A stretch of 58,734 nucleotides of DNA, taken from the IMG/VR virus record IMGVR_UViG_3300005526_000001, positions 1 through 58,734 of that record; one strand, given 5' to 3'. This document shows positions 8,677-17,200 of the stretch, piece after piece. A program made the translations under genes and the position numbers. The notes beneath the pieces are model-generated. The model did no database searches. It saw only the letters and a list, made by a program, of their open reading frames with translations, and was not told where the DNA came from. The number at the start of each line of letters is the position of its first letter. The stretch's first letter is position 1. Source of the stretch: a virus (taxonomy: Duplodnaviria; Caudoviricetes).

Positions 8677-8705
8677 AGACTACCACATGGGGCGGAGATT
8701 TGCAA
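8677..8705 (-). promoter_or_regulatory. Sigma70-type promoter for the leftward early operon
   Basis: TTGCAA-N17-TAGTCT with TGTG extended -10; ATG 6 nt downstream. Confidence 0.7.
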
Positions 8706-8850
8706 GTCGCAGAAGCTACACGAGGGCCTTAAATTGGCTAATCGTCTGTTGACTTTTGTGGGTATCCTTAAGGATGAACAAATTGTTCAACAATCCTGCA
8801 CCTGTGACACAGTAGTATTACTATGATAATATACTTCTAGGAATGAGGTA

Positions 8851-8998
8851 CCTTCCTACTGAATCCTACCGAATCCTACCCATGAGGTTTCCGGTAGGTT
8901 TCCGAGGTTTCCGGTCTACATCAAGGTTTCCGTTTCCCTATAAGAAGAGCATCATAACTACAGGCTCTACCGATTTTTGATATATATCGCGGAAACCT
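8851..8998. repeat. Iteron-like short repeat array
   Basis: GAATCCTACC x2 plus a variant (8851-8880); AGGTTTCCG at 8885, 8896, 8905, 8924; inverted copy at 8990. Confidence 0.85.
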
Positions 8999-9085
8999 TT
9001 GCCTTTTGGCAAGTCAGACTCCGGCGGAACTCATACAACCGTATGAGTACCGTAGGGGTCTTACTCGGGCACATAACCTGACCCT

Positions 9086-9283
9086 TTACTCAGGCACATA
9101 ACCGAGAGCCTCAACAACACGGTTGATCGCATTGTCGAGCCTTTCGGCGTATGCCTTTGCAGCCGGCGTTGTGTTGTTGTGATACTCTCCGGCTTCTGCT
9201 ACCAAATCGTGATAGCGAGAAACAAGCAGGGCTTCACCGTCTGTGCCCTTTTTGTAGGTAATCGTCATTCCCATTGTTTTCAC
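9086..9283 (-). CDS. Hypothetical protein
   Basis: AAAGGAGGTG RBS; true start probably the ATG of MGM. Confidence 0.75.
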   Translation of the reverse strand: MKTMGMTITYKKGTDGEALLVSRYHDLVAEAGEYHNNTTPAAKAYAERLDNAINRVVEALGYVPE

Positions 9284-9337
9284 CTCCTTTGGTGTCTAAT
9301 TCATCGCAACACACTCAGGCGAGTGTGCTGCAACAAA

Positions 9338-9451
9338 CTAGCTGCCGTAGACGCGACGGTCAATCTTGTCGCACAGTTTTGCACCGTGCTTGCCGAATCG
9401 GCAAGGGCACACGTCGCGCAACACGAACCAGGTGAAGATGCGCTCGATCAT
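9338..9451 (-). CDS. Small Cys-containing protein (37 aa, not in ORF track)
   Basis: ATGA-coupled; MIERIFTWFVLRDVCPCRFGKHGAKLC. Confidence 0.6.
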   Translation of the reverse strand: MIERIFTWFVLRDVCPCRFGKHGAKLCDKIDRRVYGS

Positions 9452-9636
9452 TTGTTTTTCACCCCCCAGCGGGCTTGAATGTCAGCGACACTTTCGCGTT
9501 CTGTGCTGTTCGGCAACACCACGAAGTTCTTGGGTGCAACTTTCTTGCGCGGGACGGGCGGGATGAACACGTTGTGCGTGGTTTCCCGTTCCGGCAAAAA
9601 CGGCTTGAAGTTGTCGAGTTGTTCTTTGTTCAGCAT
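9448..9636 (-). CDS. Hypothetical protein
   Basis: AAGGGGGTGA RBS. Confidence 0.7.
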   Translation of the reverse strand: MLNKEQLDNFKPFLPERETTHNVFIPPVPRKKVAPKNFVVLPNSTERESVADIQARWGVKNK

Positions 9637-9640
9637 TTTC

Positions 9641-9730
9641 TCACCCCCTTTTCAGGTAAAAGGCGATGGCGCAGATGACCAGAAGAACTCCGACCATGTA
9701 GTACAACTCGATGTAATCGTATGAATCCAT
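9641..9730 (-). CDS. Membrane micro-protein (29 aa, not in ORF track)
   Basis: MDSYDYIELYYMVGVLLVICAIAFYLKRG; GAAAGG RBS. Confidence 0.6.
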   Translation of the reverse strand: MDSYDYIELYYMVGVLLVICAIAFYLKRG

Positions 9731-9829
9731 GTAGCCTTTCGAGTCGTTTGCCGATAGCCCCTACCATACTTATCGGCCTTATTCCTCCGTATTCTACATT
9801 CCCTCTAAGCTCGTCAAGTATTGTGTGAA

Positions 9830-9919
9830 CTACTTGACGATCTTGCAGCGAATGCAGAAGATTGCTGCGGTGTCACCGATGACCCTAATGATCATCTCGC
9901 TGAAGCAGCGCGGGCACAT
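9830..9919 (-). CDS. Zn-ribbon micro-protein (29 aa, not in ORF track)
   Basis: MCPRC...FCIRCKIVK, two CxxC; GAAAGG RBS. Confidence 0.6.
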   Translation of the reverse strand: MCPRCFSEMIIRVIGDTAAIFCIRCKIVK

Positions 9920-9932
9920 CGTGCGCCTTTCG

Positions 9933-10091
9933 TTAGCGGAGCTTTTTATCGACGAGCACGTACTTGCCGTTGTGGATCTTGACCAGTTCGGTGCGCTTGG
10001 CCGCTTTCTTCGGCTTGAAGAACTCGACCGTACCGTCAGGCATGATGCTGATGCACTTGCCTGCTGGTCCCGATGTTCTGGGTTTCCGCAT
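9933..10091 (-). CDS. Small basic protein (52 aa, not in ORF track)
   Basis: MRKPRTSGPAGKCISIMPDG...; GAAAGG RBS. Confidence 0.65.
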   Translation of the reverse strand: MRKPRTSGPAGKCISIMPDGTVEFFKPKKAAKRTELVKIHNGKYVLVDKKLR

Positions 10092-10165
10092 TATTGCCTT
10101 TCGTTGTAGTGGAGTGAGAGTGACTAGTCTTTCTGACCCTGCGCGACAGGAAGGGTAGTGCGGTG

Positions 10166-10525
10166 TTACTGGTCGGTGTCGTCGTCGGCGAAAGCCTCGA
10201 TGAGCGTATCCGGCTCATCTGCGATCTCGTCGTCGTCGTTCTCGACGGTGGCGACGAACTTCACGAGGAAGGGTTCGCCGTCCATCTCGATCGGGTAGCA
10301 CAGCTCGGACAGGTTGTTTGCCATGATGACCGTCTTGAAGCGATTGACGATCGAGCTGTTCTTTGCGTCTGACGGGAAGATACCAGTCAGAGTGATGTAC
10401 TCAAGAGTCGCGTCGTTCAGGAAAGCAGCGACCTTGGCGAGAAGCGTATCGGAAGGGACACGCTGGCTCGACTTGTTCTTCTTGGCTGCGGCTGCGTTGC
10501 GAAGCAGTTCAGCTTTGGAGATCAT
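10166..10525 (-). CDS. Hypothetical protein with acidic C-terminal tail; first gene of the early arm
   Basis: AAGGAG RBS; GC3-rich codons; tail ENDDDEIADEPDTLIEAFADDDTDQ. Confidence 0.85.
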   Translation of the reverse strand: MISKAELLRNAAAAKKNKSSQRVPSDTLLAKVAAFLNDATLEYITLTGIFPSDAKNSSIVNRFKTVIMANNLSELCYPIEMDGEPFLVKFVATVENDDDEIADEPDTLIEAFADDDTDQ

Positions 10526-10927
10526 CTCAACTCCTTGTGACTTGTGATGGAGTCACGCAGAGTCAGAGAGACTAGTCACTGAGTAGCGTTGTCATCCCTG
10601 CGCGTCACCAACAAGCATTCGCCGTCCTGGGGCGCTGAGGAGTTATGAGGGATACGAAGTTAGACTATAAAAGCCTTTCGTGATAGCGCGAACGTGCTCT
10701 CGCGCGGGCGGATGGGGGACTAGATGTAGTATCGCCCACGCCGGGCACGTTGTCGCACTACAAGCCCCCAATCTCTTCAATCGGACATTCCATTTAATTA
10801 CTACGTAAGTCAAACCCAATCTCTTCTGTATCAACTTTCAATGGTTTACTTTATTCCCCCATTTCACTATCCCACATTTCAACCTGCACGTAGTGTATAG
10901 TGTCTCCTTAAAGGGGGTGACACCTAA

Positions 10928-11308
10928 TTGACAGACGACCCTAACGCAGCCCTGCTAGCCAAAACGATAGCAGAGCACGAGAATCTCATCACGTCACTTA
11001 AAGCCGACAATGCGGCTCTACGTCAAGAGTTCGCAAAAGCTGGTACTTATGAAGAGACAGTCGAGGTCGCAAAGAATGCAATAGCAGACCTGCTAGAACT
11101 CTCCATAACCACGACTAAACAGCTAATTGCCTCAGCTGATTCAGAATCAGTACGTGCTAGTCTTAGTAAATTCGTCATAGATTCAGTACTAACTGGCAAA
11201 TTGGACGCCAAGGCTGACGCATCTATAGCTGATCTAATCAAGAAGCTCGCAGATAACGACCCGCCGTTCAAAGAGAAGGCACAAGCTATCGTAGATAGCT
11301 CCCCTTAA
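10928..11308 (+). CDS. Probable terminase small subunit
   Basis: First late gene; AAGGGGGTGA RBS; helical, SESVRASLSKFVID resembles the TerS oligomerisation hairpin. Confidence 0.55.
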   Translation: MTDDPNAALLAKTIAEHENLITSLKADNAALRQEFAKAGTYEETVEVAKNAIADLLELSITTTKQLIASADSESVRASLSKFVIDSVLTGKLDAKADASIADLIKKLADNDPPFKEKAQAIVDSSP

Positions 11309-11317
11309 TACCCCTAA

Positions 11318-11620
11318 TTGTTATTTCAACTACCAACTGATGTACCTTTTACCTATTGCCGCATTTGTGGCAGCTACTTTGCGCATCCGTCGTTACCTGA
11401 ACGCAACGTCTGGTCACATAAACACGCCAACACGCACACTCCTAAACAGCACCGCTTACTTAAAGTTTCTGGCCTGTGGTTACTTCCCGAGGCCGCATAT
11501 CGTTTAGCCACATTAGGCGTCATACCGGCCAAAGACCTCATCTTAGATGATGAGGTTGCACATGCACTTTTAGAGTCTAAACCGTTCGGCTCTCGCCCAC
11601 CACCTGTGCCGCTCTTCTAA
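11318..11620 (+). CDS. Hypothetical protein with C2H2-like motif
   Basis: CRICG...HANTH. Confidence 0.65.
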   Translation: MLFQLPTDVPFTYCRICGSYFAHPSLPERNVWSHKHANTHTPKQHRLLKVSGLWLLPEAAYRLATLGVIPAKDLILDDEVAHALLESKPFGSRPPPVPLF

Positions 11621-11673
11621 GCTAGTTAAGCTTTGTGACAAAAGTCACTTGTTCTAACTTAGAATGGAGCGTA

Positions 11674-12102
11674 ATGCCGATATACGAAGTTGTCTACGAA
11701 AGCGGCAGCCACGCTTTAGCGTCGTATGCTGACGACGAAGAAGCACGGGCGGCTTTAACGGCCCACCACGAAAGGGCTGTAAGTGGGGTAAGTGCGACGC
11801 CTGCCTCGACTGAGCGTAACGACGTAACAGGCGTACCGGGGCCTACAAGTTGGCCCGCGGAGCGAATAGCCAAGGTGTACGTGTTTGAAACGCACCCGGC
11901 TAATTACCGCGTAGGTGAACAAGTGCCTGCCGATGAGATAGATGTAGTTATAAATAGCCTGAAAGATAGTGACGGTCTGGTTAACGCACAAGAAGCTGCG
12001 GCTGCTGTGCGTACAACGAGTAGCCCGTTCATAACGCCTGAAAACCCGCACGATAGTATGTACGCAATGGACCACACCGAGCTGGATTGGAGCGGTGAAT
12101 AA
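11674..12102 (+). CDS. Hypothetical protein
   Basis: Probable ATG start at MPIYEVVYES after GGAG. Confidence 0.75.
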   Translation: MPIYEVVYESGSHALASYADDEEARAALTAHHERAVSGVSATPASTERNDVTGVPGPTSWPAERIAKVYVFETHPANYRVGEQVPADEIDVVINSLKDSDGLVNAQEAAAAVRTTSSPFITPENPHDSMYAMDHTELDWSGE

Positions 12103-12103
12103 C

Positions 12104-12592
12104 ATGGCCGTAATCGCTTTTCAGAGACTTTCGCAGCTAGTTACTGATTACGTGCTTGGTGCGAGTGGTACGATTACGCCTCCGTCTGCGTGGACTATGG
12201 GCCTGAGTACAACAGCCGTAGCTACAATGGCTAGAGCTAGTATCTGGTCGGCTACTGTTACGGGTACGAACATCAACGAAATTGGCAGTACGACAGCTAG
12301 TGGCTATGCGCGGCAAACAATTGCCAAAAGCATAAACACAGGTAGCATTGACTGGGGTACTAGCACGTTCGATAGCACACTAAGTACTGGCGGGCAATCG
12401 AGCACAGCAGATCAGGTAACGTTCGGAGCATTCTCAGGGGCACCGTCACCTAACGGAGCTAACTCGTGGGTGATGACTGACGGAACAACGCTCAATGCAG
12501 GTCAGGTGTACTTTGCAGGCGATACCGCTGCAACACGTACATTTGCAAATGGAGATACCGAAAAAGTTACCGCTACTCTCAAAGCTGGTTGA
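12104..12592 (+). CDS. Virion fibre/decoration structural protein (GYARxxI...W type)
   Basis: S/T/G-rich beta protein; SGYARQTI, VTFGAFSG, RTFANGDTEKVT pattern seen in fibre-associated phage proteins. Confidence 0.7.
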   Translation: MAVIAFQRLSQLVTDYVLGASGTITPPSAWTMGLSTTAVATMARASIWSATVTGTNINEIGSTTASGYARQTIAKSINTGSIDWGTSTFDSTLSTGGQSSTADQVTFGAFSGAPSPNGANSWVMTDGTTLNAGQVYFAGDTAATRTFANGDTEKVTATLKAG

Positions 12593-12617
12593 GTAAAGCA
12601 AATTAAGCCTGCGGCAC

Positions 12618-12643
12618 GTGGGGGTTGTGAAAACAGCCCCCAC
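12618..12643 (+). terminator. GC-rich hairpin, probable terminator or mRNA stabiliser
   Basis: GTGGGGGTTGT-GAAA-ACAGCCCCCAC; no clear U tract. Confidence 0.6.
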
Positions 12644-12675
12644 AAACCTTACCAACCCTAGTAACAAATTAAACC

Positions 12676-14649
12676 ATGAGAGCACTCTTTACACGCGATA
12701 GCTATATAGAGATCCCCGTCAGCAATATACCGCTGTACGTTGAGTGCGATATTGAGTGGACTCCTGATCAATACGAACATTGGATTCCCGCAAACCTCGC
12801 GAATCCCTACGGTTCTTCGGACTTTATTCGATTTGAAAATAGTTCTCATGGAGCATTTAATTATTTTGCAGCTAGTCATATCTATGGTTGGGTAGATGCA
12901 CTTAGTCTCGGTAGTCATGCACCTTTTAGCCCTGTAGATGGTCGAGGAAAACATCATGTTAAAATAGAAACGACGTCAAGTACATATAAGGTAACAATTG
13001 ATGGTACATTGGTCGAAAGTGGAACGTGGCCGTTTACTAGCGGTTTTGTATCTTATCTTCGATTTGGACTAGTTAGCGGCTTTTATAGAAATCCCGATCC
13101 GAACGGTGTAGACGAAACCGTCTACATGGACAACATCAAAGTCGGTACTATCAGTGGTGGTACTGACATTGCTAACCTAACCTTTGAAGGTGGTACACCA
13201 TTTGGCGGTTTTACAACCTCAGGTACGATCTCGATTGTAAGCGATGCATCTACTCTTAATGAAGATGCTCATGATGTTCGTCTGAATTTTACACCGAGCT
13301 TTGATACACCATTCTCTACACGTGCCCTGTGCCTGCCTATACCTGGGGCGTCGGCATATCTAGAACACGTTCTCGCGACACCAGTAGATACTGCTACTGA
13401 CAGTCTTTATGGATCAGTAGAATTGTCGTGGCTTTATGGTCATTCTTACGCGTGGACCGTCCCTTTCATTGAATTGCTTGATTCTTCTAATGTCGTAATT
13501 GACAGTCTTAAAGTTTTTGGAGATGATTTAGATTGGGAATATCGAACAGCCGAAGGCTCTGTTTTTGACACTTCTATGAATTGGCCGTCTAGTGGAAAGA
13601 AATTAGTCAAATTTGCTTTAAGTGGCGGAAGCATGACGTGGACTATTGGTGAAGAAACAGTCACAGGTACTCCCGATGCTGGTACTATCGCAAAAATACG
13701 CTTTGGCTATACAGAAAATTTGGGAACATCTTCGTGGATGCGTGGGGCAGCAATTTTTGTAGATAATATTGGAATTGGTGCAACTCCTGCATACGAACTT
13801 ATTAGTGAAGATTTCGAAGATGGTACGTCCGGCGCGCTAACAGAAGTCGGTAACATCATCTATCCGGAGCCTACGCTCGCTCCATCGAAGTTTAATTTCA
13901 TTCCGCCTTCGTCTGGTGATGATGTATTTATCTGGATTGGTGATCTTGGTGAATCTCCTGATCCTATCTGGATTGAATTTGATGTTAGTTGGACACCAAC
14001 AGAAGAAGCTGGATTTGGTACTTATACAGGTAACTTTTTCCTGATACAAAGTCGTAATGGCTCTTGGGCGCAATATCTCTATCATGATGGTACTGACGGT
14101 TGGTATGACAATGATAGTCTGTTTGTTTCAGATCCACTAACAGGTGTAGGCGGTACTCACCATATAAAGGTTTGTCACGAACCACCAATTACCACACATA
14201 TGATAATTGATTCTGTTGATCATGGTCCATTGACAATAACTGGTTCAGTAGATTATATTGATAGTATTCAATTCGGTTGGGCAGCAGGTGGTGACGATCT
14301 AGGCGGCTGTACTATCGAAAATCTCACTATCGGTACTACGGACGGCGGTGCTGAGATTTACGATGGTACAACTGATCTACGCAACCCATATGAAGTTTTC
14401 TCAATATCTCCTGGTGTTACTTATGAAGAAACTGCCCACGATCCAGTTGAATTTACAGATGCGGGTACTGTTGGATTCAAGTTCACTCCTCATACCGTTA
14501 AAGAGGTTATTTGCCACTCCCGTATCCAAATAGATGCTGAGGTTTATAAACGTTGGCAATCTGTAGCTCGTGTCAGTTACCTTATGGACGTTAGACAACG
14601 TTGGAGTGGTACTGCATTGGTCGATCAGCCCGTGCAAGACCCGTGTTAG
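12676..14649 (+). CDS. Fibre/adhesin with about three lectin-like beta-sandwich domains
   Basis: Repeated HHVKI/HHIKV, (L/I)(R/Q)FG and (D/E)N(I/L)x(V/I)G motifs; DxxxVxxxFTP stalk repeats. Confidence 0.7.
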   Translation: MRALFTRDSYIEIPVSNIPLYVECDIEWTPDQYEHWIPANLANPYGSSDFIRFENSSHGAFNYFAASHIYGWVDALSLGSHAPFSPVDGRGKHHVKIETTSSTYKVTIDGTLVESGTWPFTSGFVSYLRFGLVSGFYRNPDPNGVDETVYMDNIKVGTISGGTDIANLTFEGGTPFGGFTTSGTISIVSDASTLNEDAHDVRLNFTPSFDTPFSTRALCLPIPGASAYLEHVLATPVDTATDSLYGSVELSWLYGHSYAWTVPFIELLDSSNVVIDSLKVFGDDLDWEYRTAEGSVFDTSMNWPSSGKKLVKFALSGGSMTWTIGEETVTGTPDAGTIAKIRFGYTENLGTSSWMRGAAIFVDNIGIGATPAYELISEDFEDGTSGALTEVGNIIYPEPTLAPSKFNFIPPSSGDDVFIWIGDLGESPDPIWIEFDVSWTPTEEAGFGTYTGNFFLIQSRNGSWAQYLYHDGTDGWYDNDSLFVSDPLTGVGGTHHIKVCHEPPITTHMIIDSVDHGPLTITGSVDYIDSIQFGWAAGGDDLGGCTIENLTIGTTDGGAEIYDGTTDLRNPYEVFSISPGVTYEETAHDPVEFTDAGTVGFKFTPHTVKEVICHSRIQIDAEVYKRWQSVARVSYLMDVRQRWSGTALVDQPVQDPC

Positions 14650-14676
14650 CTTACTACAACACACGATGGAGGTAAT

Positions 14677-14973
14677 ATGCCGGTCACACTGACCAGAGGC
14701 ACGAAGGAGAATGTCGAGGTTCAGATTAGTGACCTGTCTAACACGGTTACTGATCTTAGCGCATCTAGTCCACACTTCGACGTTGAGCAGGACGACGGCA
14801 CGATGGTCGTTACGAATCAGTCAGCGGTTGCAAGTGGTATGATTATCTCATGCCTCTGTGACACGACTAGCTGGTCTAGCTCGTTGCAACATTTGAACTT
14901 GTACGTCAAGTTTACCGTCGGAAGCGAAGTCCCAAGACTAGGACCATTCGATATCTACCTCTTAGGACAATGA
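14677..14973 (+). CDS. Small Ig-like adaptor protein (paralogue of 21445..21744)
   Basis: GGAGG RBS; GTKE...VTDL...DTT..W...LY...E.P.LGP shared with the paralogue. Confidence 0.8.
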   Translation: MPVTLTRGTKENVEVQISDLSNTVTDLSASSPHFDVEQDDGTMVVTNQSAVASGMIISCLCDTTSWSSSLQHLNLYVKFTVGSEVPRLGPFDIYLLGQ

Positions 14974-15164
14974 CCGAACCTGTAGTCACTCAGCATACCA
15001 TAACAATTAGAACTGGTGAAGATTGGACTACAGTATATTGGGCTTCTTGTACATGTGGTTGGGAACAAGCACCGCCAGTCGAAGATAAACGACAAGCGAG
15101 TTACATGGGCAACGAACATCTCAAACTGTCAAAGCTCCGTCCCCCATACGTGACACTAGAGTGA
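14970..15164 (+). CDS. Small Cys/His protein
   Basis: ATGA-coupled; WASCTCGW...EH. Confidence 0.65.
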   Translation: MTEPVVTQHTITIRTGEDWTTVYWASCTCGWEQAPPVEDKRQASYMGNEHLKLSKLRPPYVTLE

Positions 15165-15168
15165 TATA

Positions 15169-16500
15169 ATGGCTAGACTGGCTATGTCCGGGTTCGAGAT
15201 GAATGATATCCTCACGGGAAACTTTGGTCAACCTGACGGCGTGACTGGCGGGGTTGCTGCCTCAGAAACTACTATAGTCAGATCAGGGTTGCGCTCGGTG
15301 AAATGCGACAGTGGCGCAGGAAATGCCGTAACTAACGTACAAGTAGCTCCCGCAGGAATAAATACTGCTATTACTAGTGCAGGCACAATTACTATTTATA
15401 ATCGATGGTGTTTCTATTTTCGGGATTTACCATCTTCTCTCGTGGGAATAGGAGGCATTGTTACAAGCATCAATGGACAGGTGGACCCCGTTAACGAAGC
15501 CCCTATAAGATTGGGTATTGACAGCGCAGGCGTGTTAAAAATAGCGAGTGGAGCGGTTCCTGTTAGTACACTTTGTACGTTCAACGAGTCATTGGTAACT
15601 GGCGTTTGGTACAGATTAGAAGTCTCTGTGACCTTCACCATAATAGCTGCTACGAGTGTGAACGTCACTATCAACGAGGCAAGACTGAATGGCGTAGCAT
15701 TAACAATAGCGTCTGGATCTTTATATAATCGTACTTGGACGTCAGCTACTCCACAAGCTGTTTATTCCGTGGCTGCTGGATGGAATAATCCACCAGGAGC
15801 TAACAAAGTTTGTTATGTTGATGATGTAGCGACCAATGATTCTTCTGGAGCGCAACAGAACTCTTGGTGTGGTGAAGGAAAAATTGTGCTTCTCAAGCCT
15901 ACTGCGGATAACGCAATAGGAACTGGCTGGACGGACTCTGGAGGGGCGACAACTGGTCTATGGCAATCGGTCGATAATACGCCACCCACGGGTATTGCAG
16001 ACACGACCTCAAGTGCCGGTCATCAGATCAGAAATGCATCAAGTTCTTCATCCAACTATGATGCAACGTTAACAACCTACGCAGCAGCAGGAATAGGCGC
16101 GAGTGACACGATTACTGTTATAAAACCGTTCGTGAGCGTGGGTGCTCCTGTCGCGACTGGAGCAAAGACTGGTTCGTTAGGTATTACTACAAATCCAACG
16201 ATCACAAACATTGCGTTTGCTTCTAACTCTGGCTCGCTAAACACGTTCTGGCAAGGTAATGCACCAGCCACCTACCCAGGATTGGGTTGGAAGTGGGAGT
16301 TTGGCACCACAACGTATAACCCGACGGTTACGGTTGGTACGGCTCCGGTAATGAGAGTTTCGATAACGGGTGGCACGGCTGCCAGAATCGCTATGGCCGA
16401 AAGTATGGGCGCATATGTTGAGTATGTACCTGGTGTACCGAAATCGCTTGTTGCACCGGCACGTCGGCAACAAATTCGCCAACTAACGAGGTGGTACTAA
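15169..16500 (+). CDS. Fibre-associated protein with lectin-like beta-sandwich domains
   Basis: GFE, GVWYRLEV and YVDDVA motifs; basic C-terminal tail. Confidence 0.75.
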   Translation: MARLAMSGFEMNDILTGNFGQPDGVTGGVAASETTIVRSGLRSVKCDSGAGNAVTNVQVAPAGINTAITSAGTITIYNRWCFYFRDLPSSLVGIGGIVTSINGQVDPVNEAPIRLGIDSAGVLKIASGAVPVSTLCTFNESLVTGVWYRLEVSVTFTIIAATSVNVTINEARLNGVALTIASGSLYNRTWTSATPQAVYSVAAGWNNPPGANKVCYVDDVATNDSSGAQQNSWCGEGKIVLLKPTADNAIGTGWTDSGGATTGLWQSVDNTPPTGIADTTSSAGHQIRNASSSSSNYDATLTTYAAAGIGASDTITVIKPFVSVGAPVATGAKTGSLGITTNPTITNIAFASNSGSLNTFWQGNAPATYPGLGWKWEFGTTTYNPTVTVGTAPVMRVSITGGTAARIAMAESMGAYVEYVPGVPKSLVAPARRQQIRQLTRWY

Positions 16501-16709
16501 TGAGAATGATAGCAAGGATTAGAACGGTTGTAGATGTACCGTTTGATTTTGATGTAGAACCTCCCGACAATACAGGTTACACACCAAGTAGCGCGGGAGC
16601 AGCGAATTACGCTATTGATACATTGCTCCCGCATGTAGTCCAAACAGTAGGAACAGAAGGAGATGTTCTTGAGGAAATGTCTCTTGTAGAGGAAGTGAGA
16701 GAAGCATGA
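16500..16709 (+). CDS. Small acidic hypothetical protein
   Basis: TAATG and ATGA coupling on both sides. Confidence 0.65.
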   Translation: MRMIARIRTVVDVPFDFDVEPPDNTGYTPSSAGAANYAIDTLLPHVVQTVGTEGDVLEEMSLVEEVREA

Positions 16710-17200
16710 TCGGTATCGGTAGATTGTATTCTGTCGTGTTTACGGCAGTAAGCGTAGCTGCACAGCAAGACTTCTTCTACATCAAGCCTGCGGCAGATAA
16801 AATCTGCATCATCGAGGCAGTATATCTTGGCGCATCCGGCGGTGCAGCAGACGCGGGTGACGCCCAGGAAGAACTGTATGACGTTGAGTTGATCTATTTG
16901 CCCGCAACTGTGACGGCACCTACATCGGGCACGACAACCACGCCTAGTCCTGTAGCAATCAATGATACTGCTGCTGGCTTTACCGCTATCTGCAACGGCA
17001 CAGGTAAGGCAAGCACGTCTGGTACGGCTGTTGTAAGACACCCTGATGGTTTCAACAACCGTATCCCATACGTCTATGCGCCACCCGCTGAACATCGTGA
17101 TCTGGTATCTAACGCAGCGGCGATGGTCTTTAGACTTAATACGACTCCTGCCGACGCAATACTTATCAGCGGCGATATGCGGGTTCGCGAACTTCCGTAA
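16706..17200 (+). CDS. Fibre-module structural protein (beta-rich)
   Basis: 164 aa; coupled gene in the fibre block. Confidence 0.75.
   Translation: MIGIGRLYSVVFTAVSVAAQQDFFYIKPAADKICIIEAVYLGASGGAADAGDAQEELYDVELIYLPATVTAPTSGTTTTPSPVAINDTAAGFTAICNGTGKASTSGTAVVRHPDGFNNRIPYVYAPPAEHRDLVSNAAAMVFRLNTTPADAILISGDMRVRELP

Noticed and set aside
2400-9850. Intergenic hairpins as integron attC sites
   Set aside because: Where GTTAGA/TCTAAC boxes occur their order is opposite to attC, G-U pairing points to RNA, and there is no integrase
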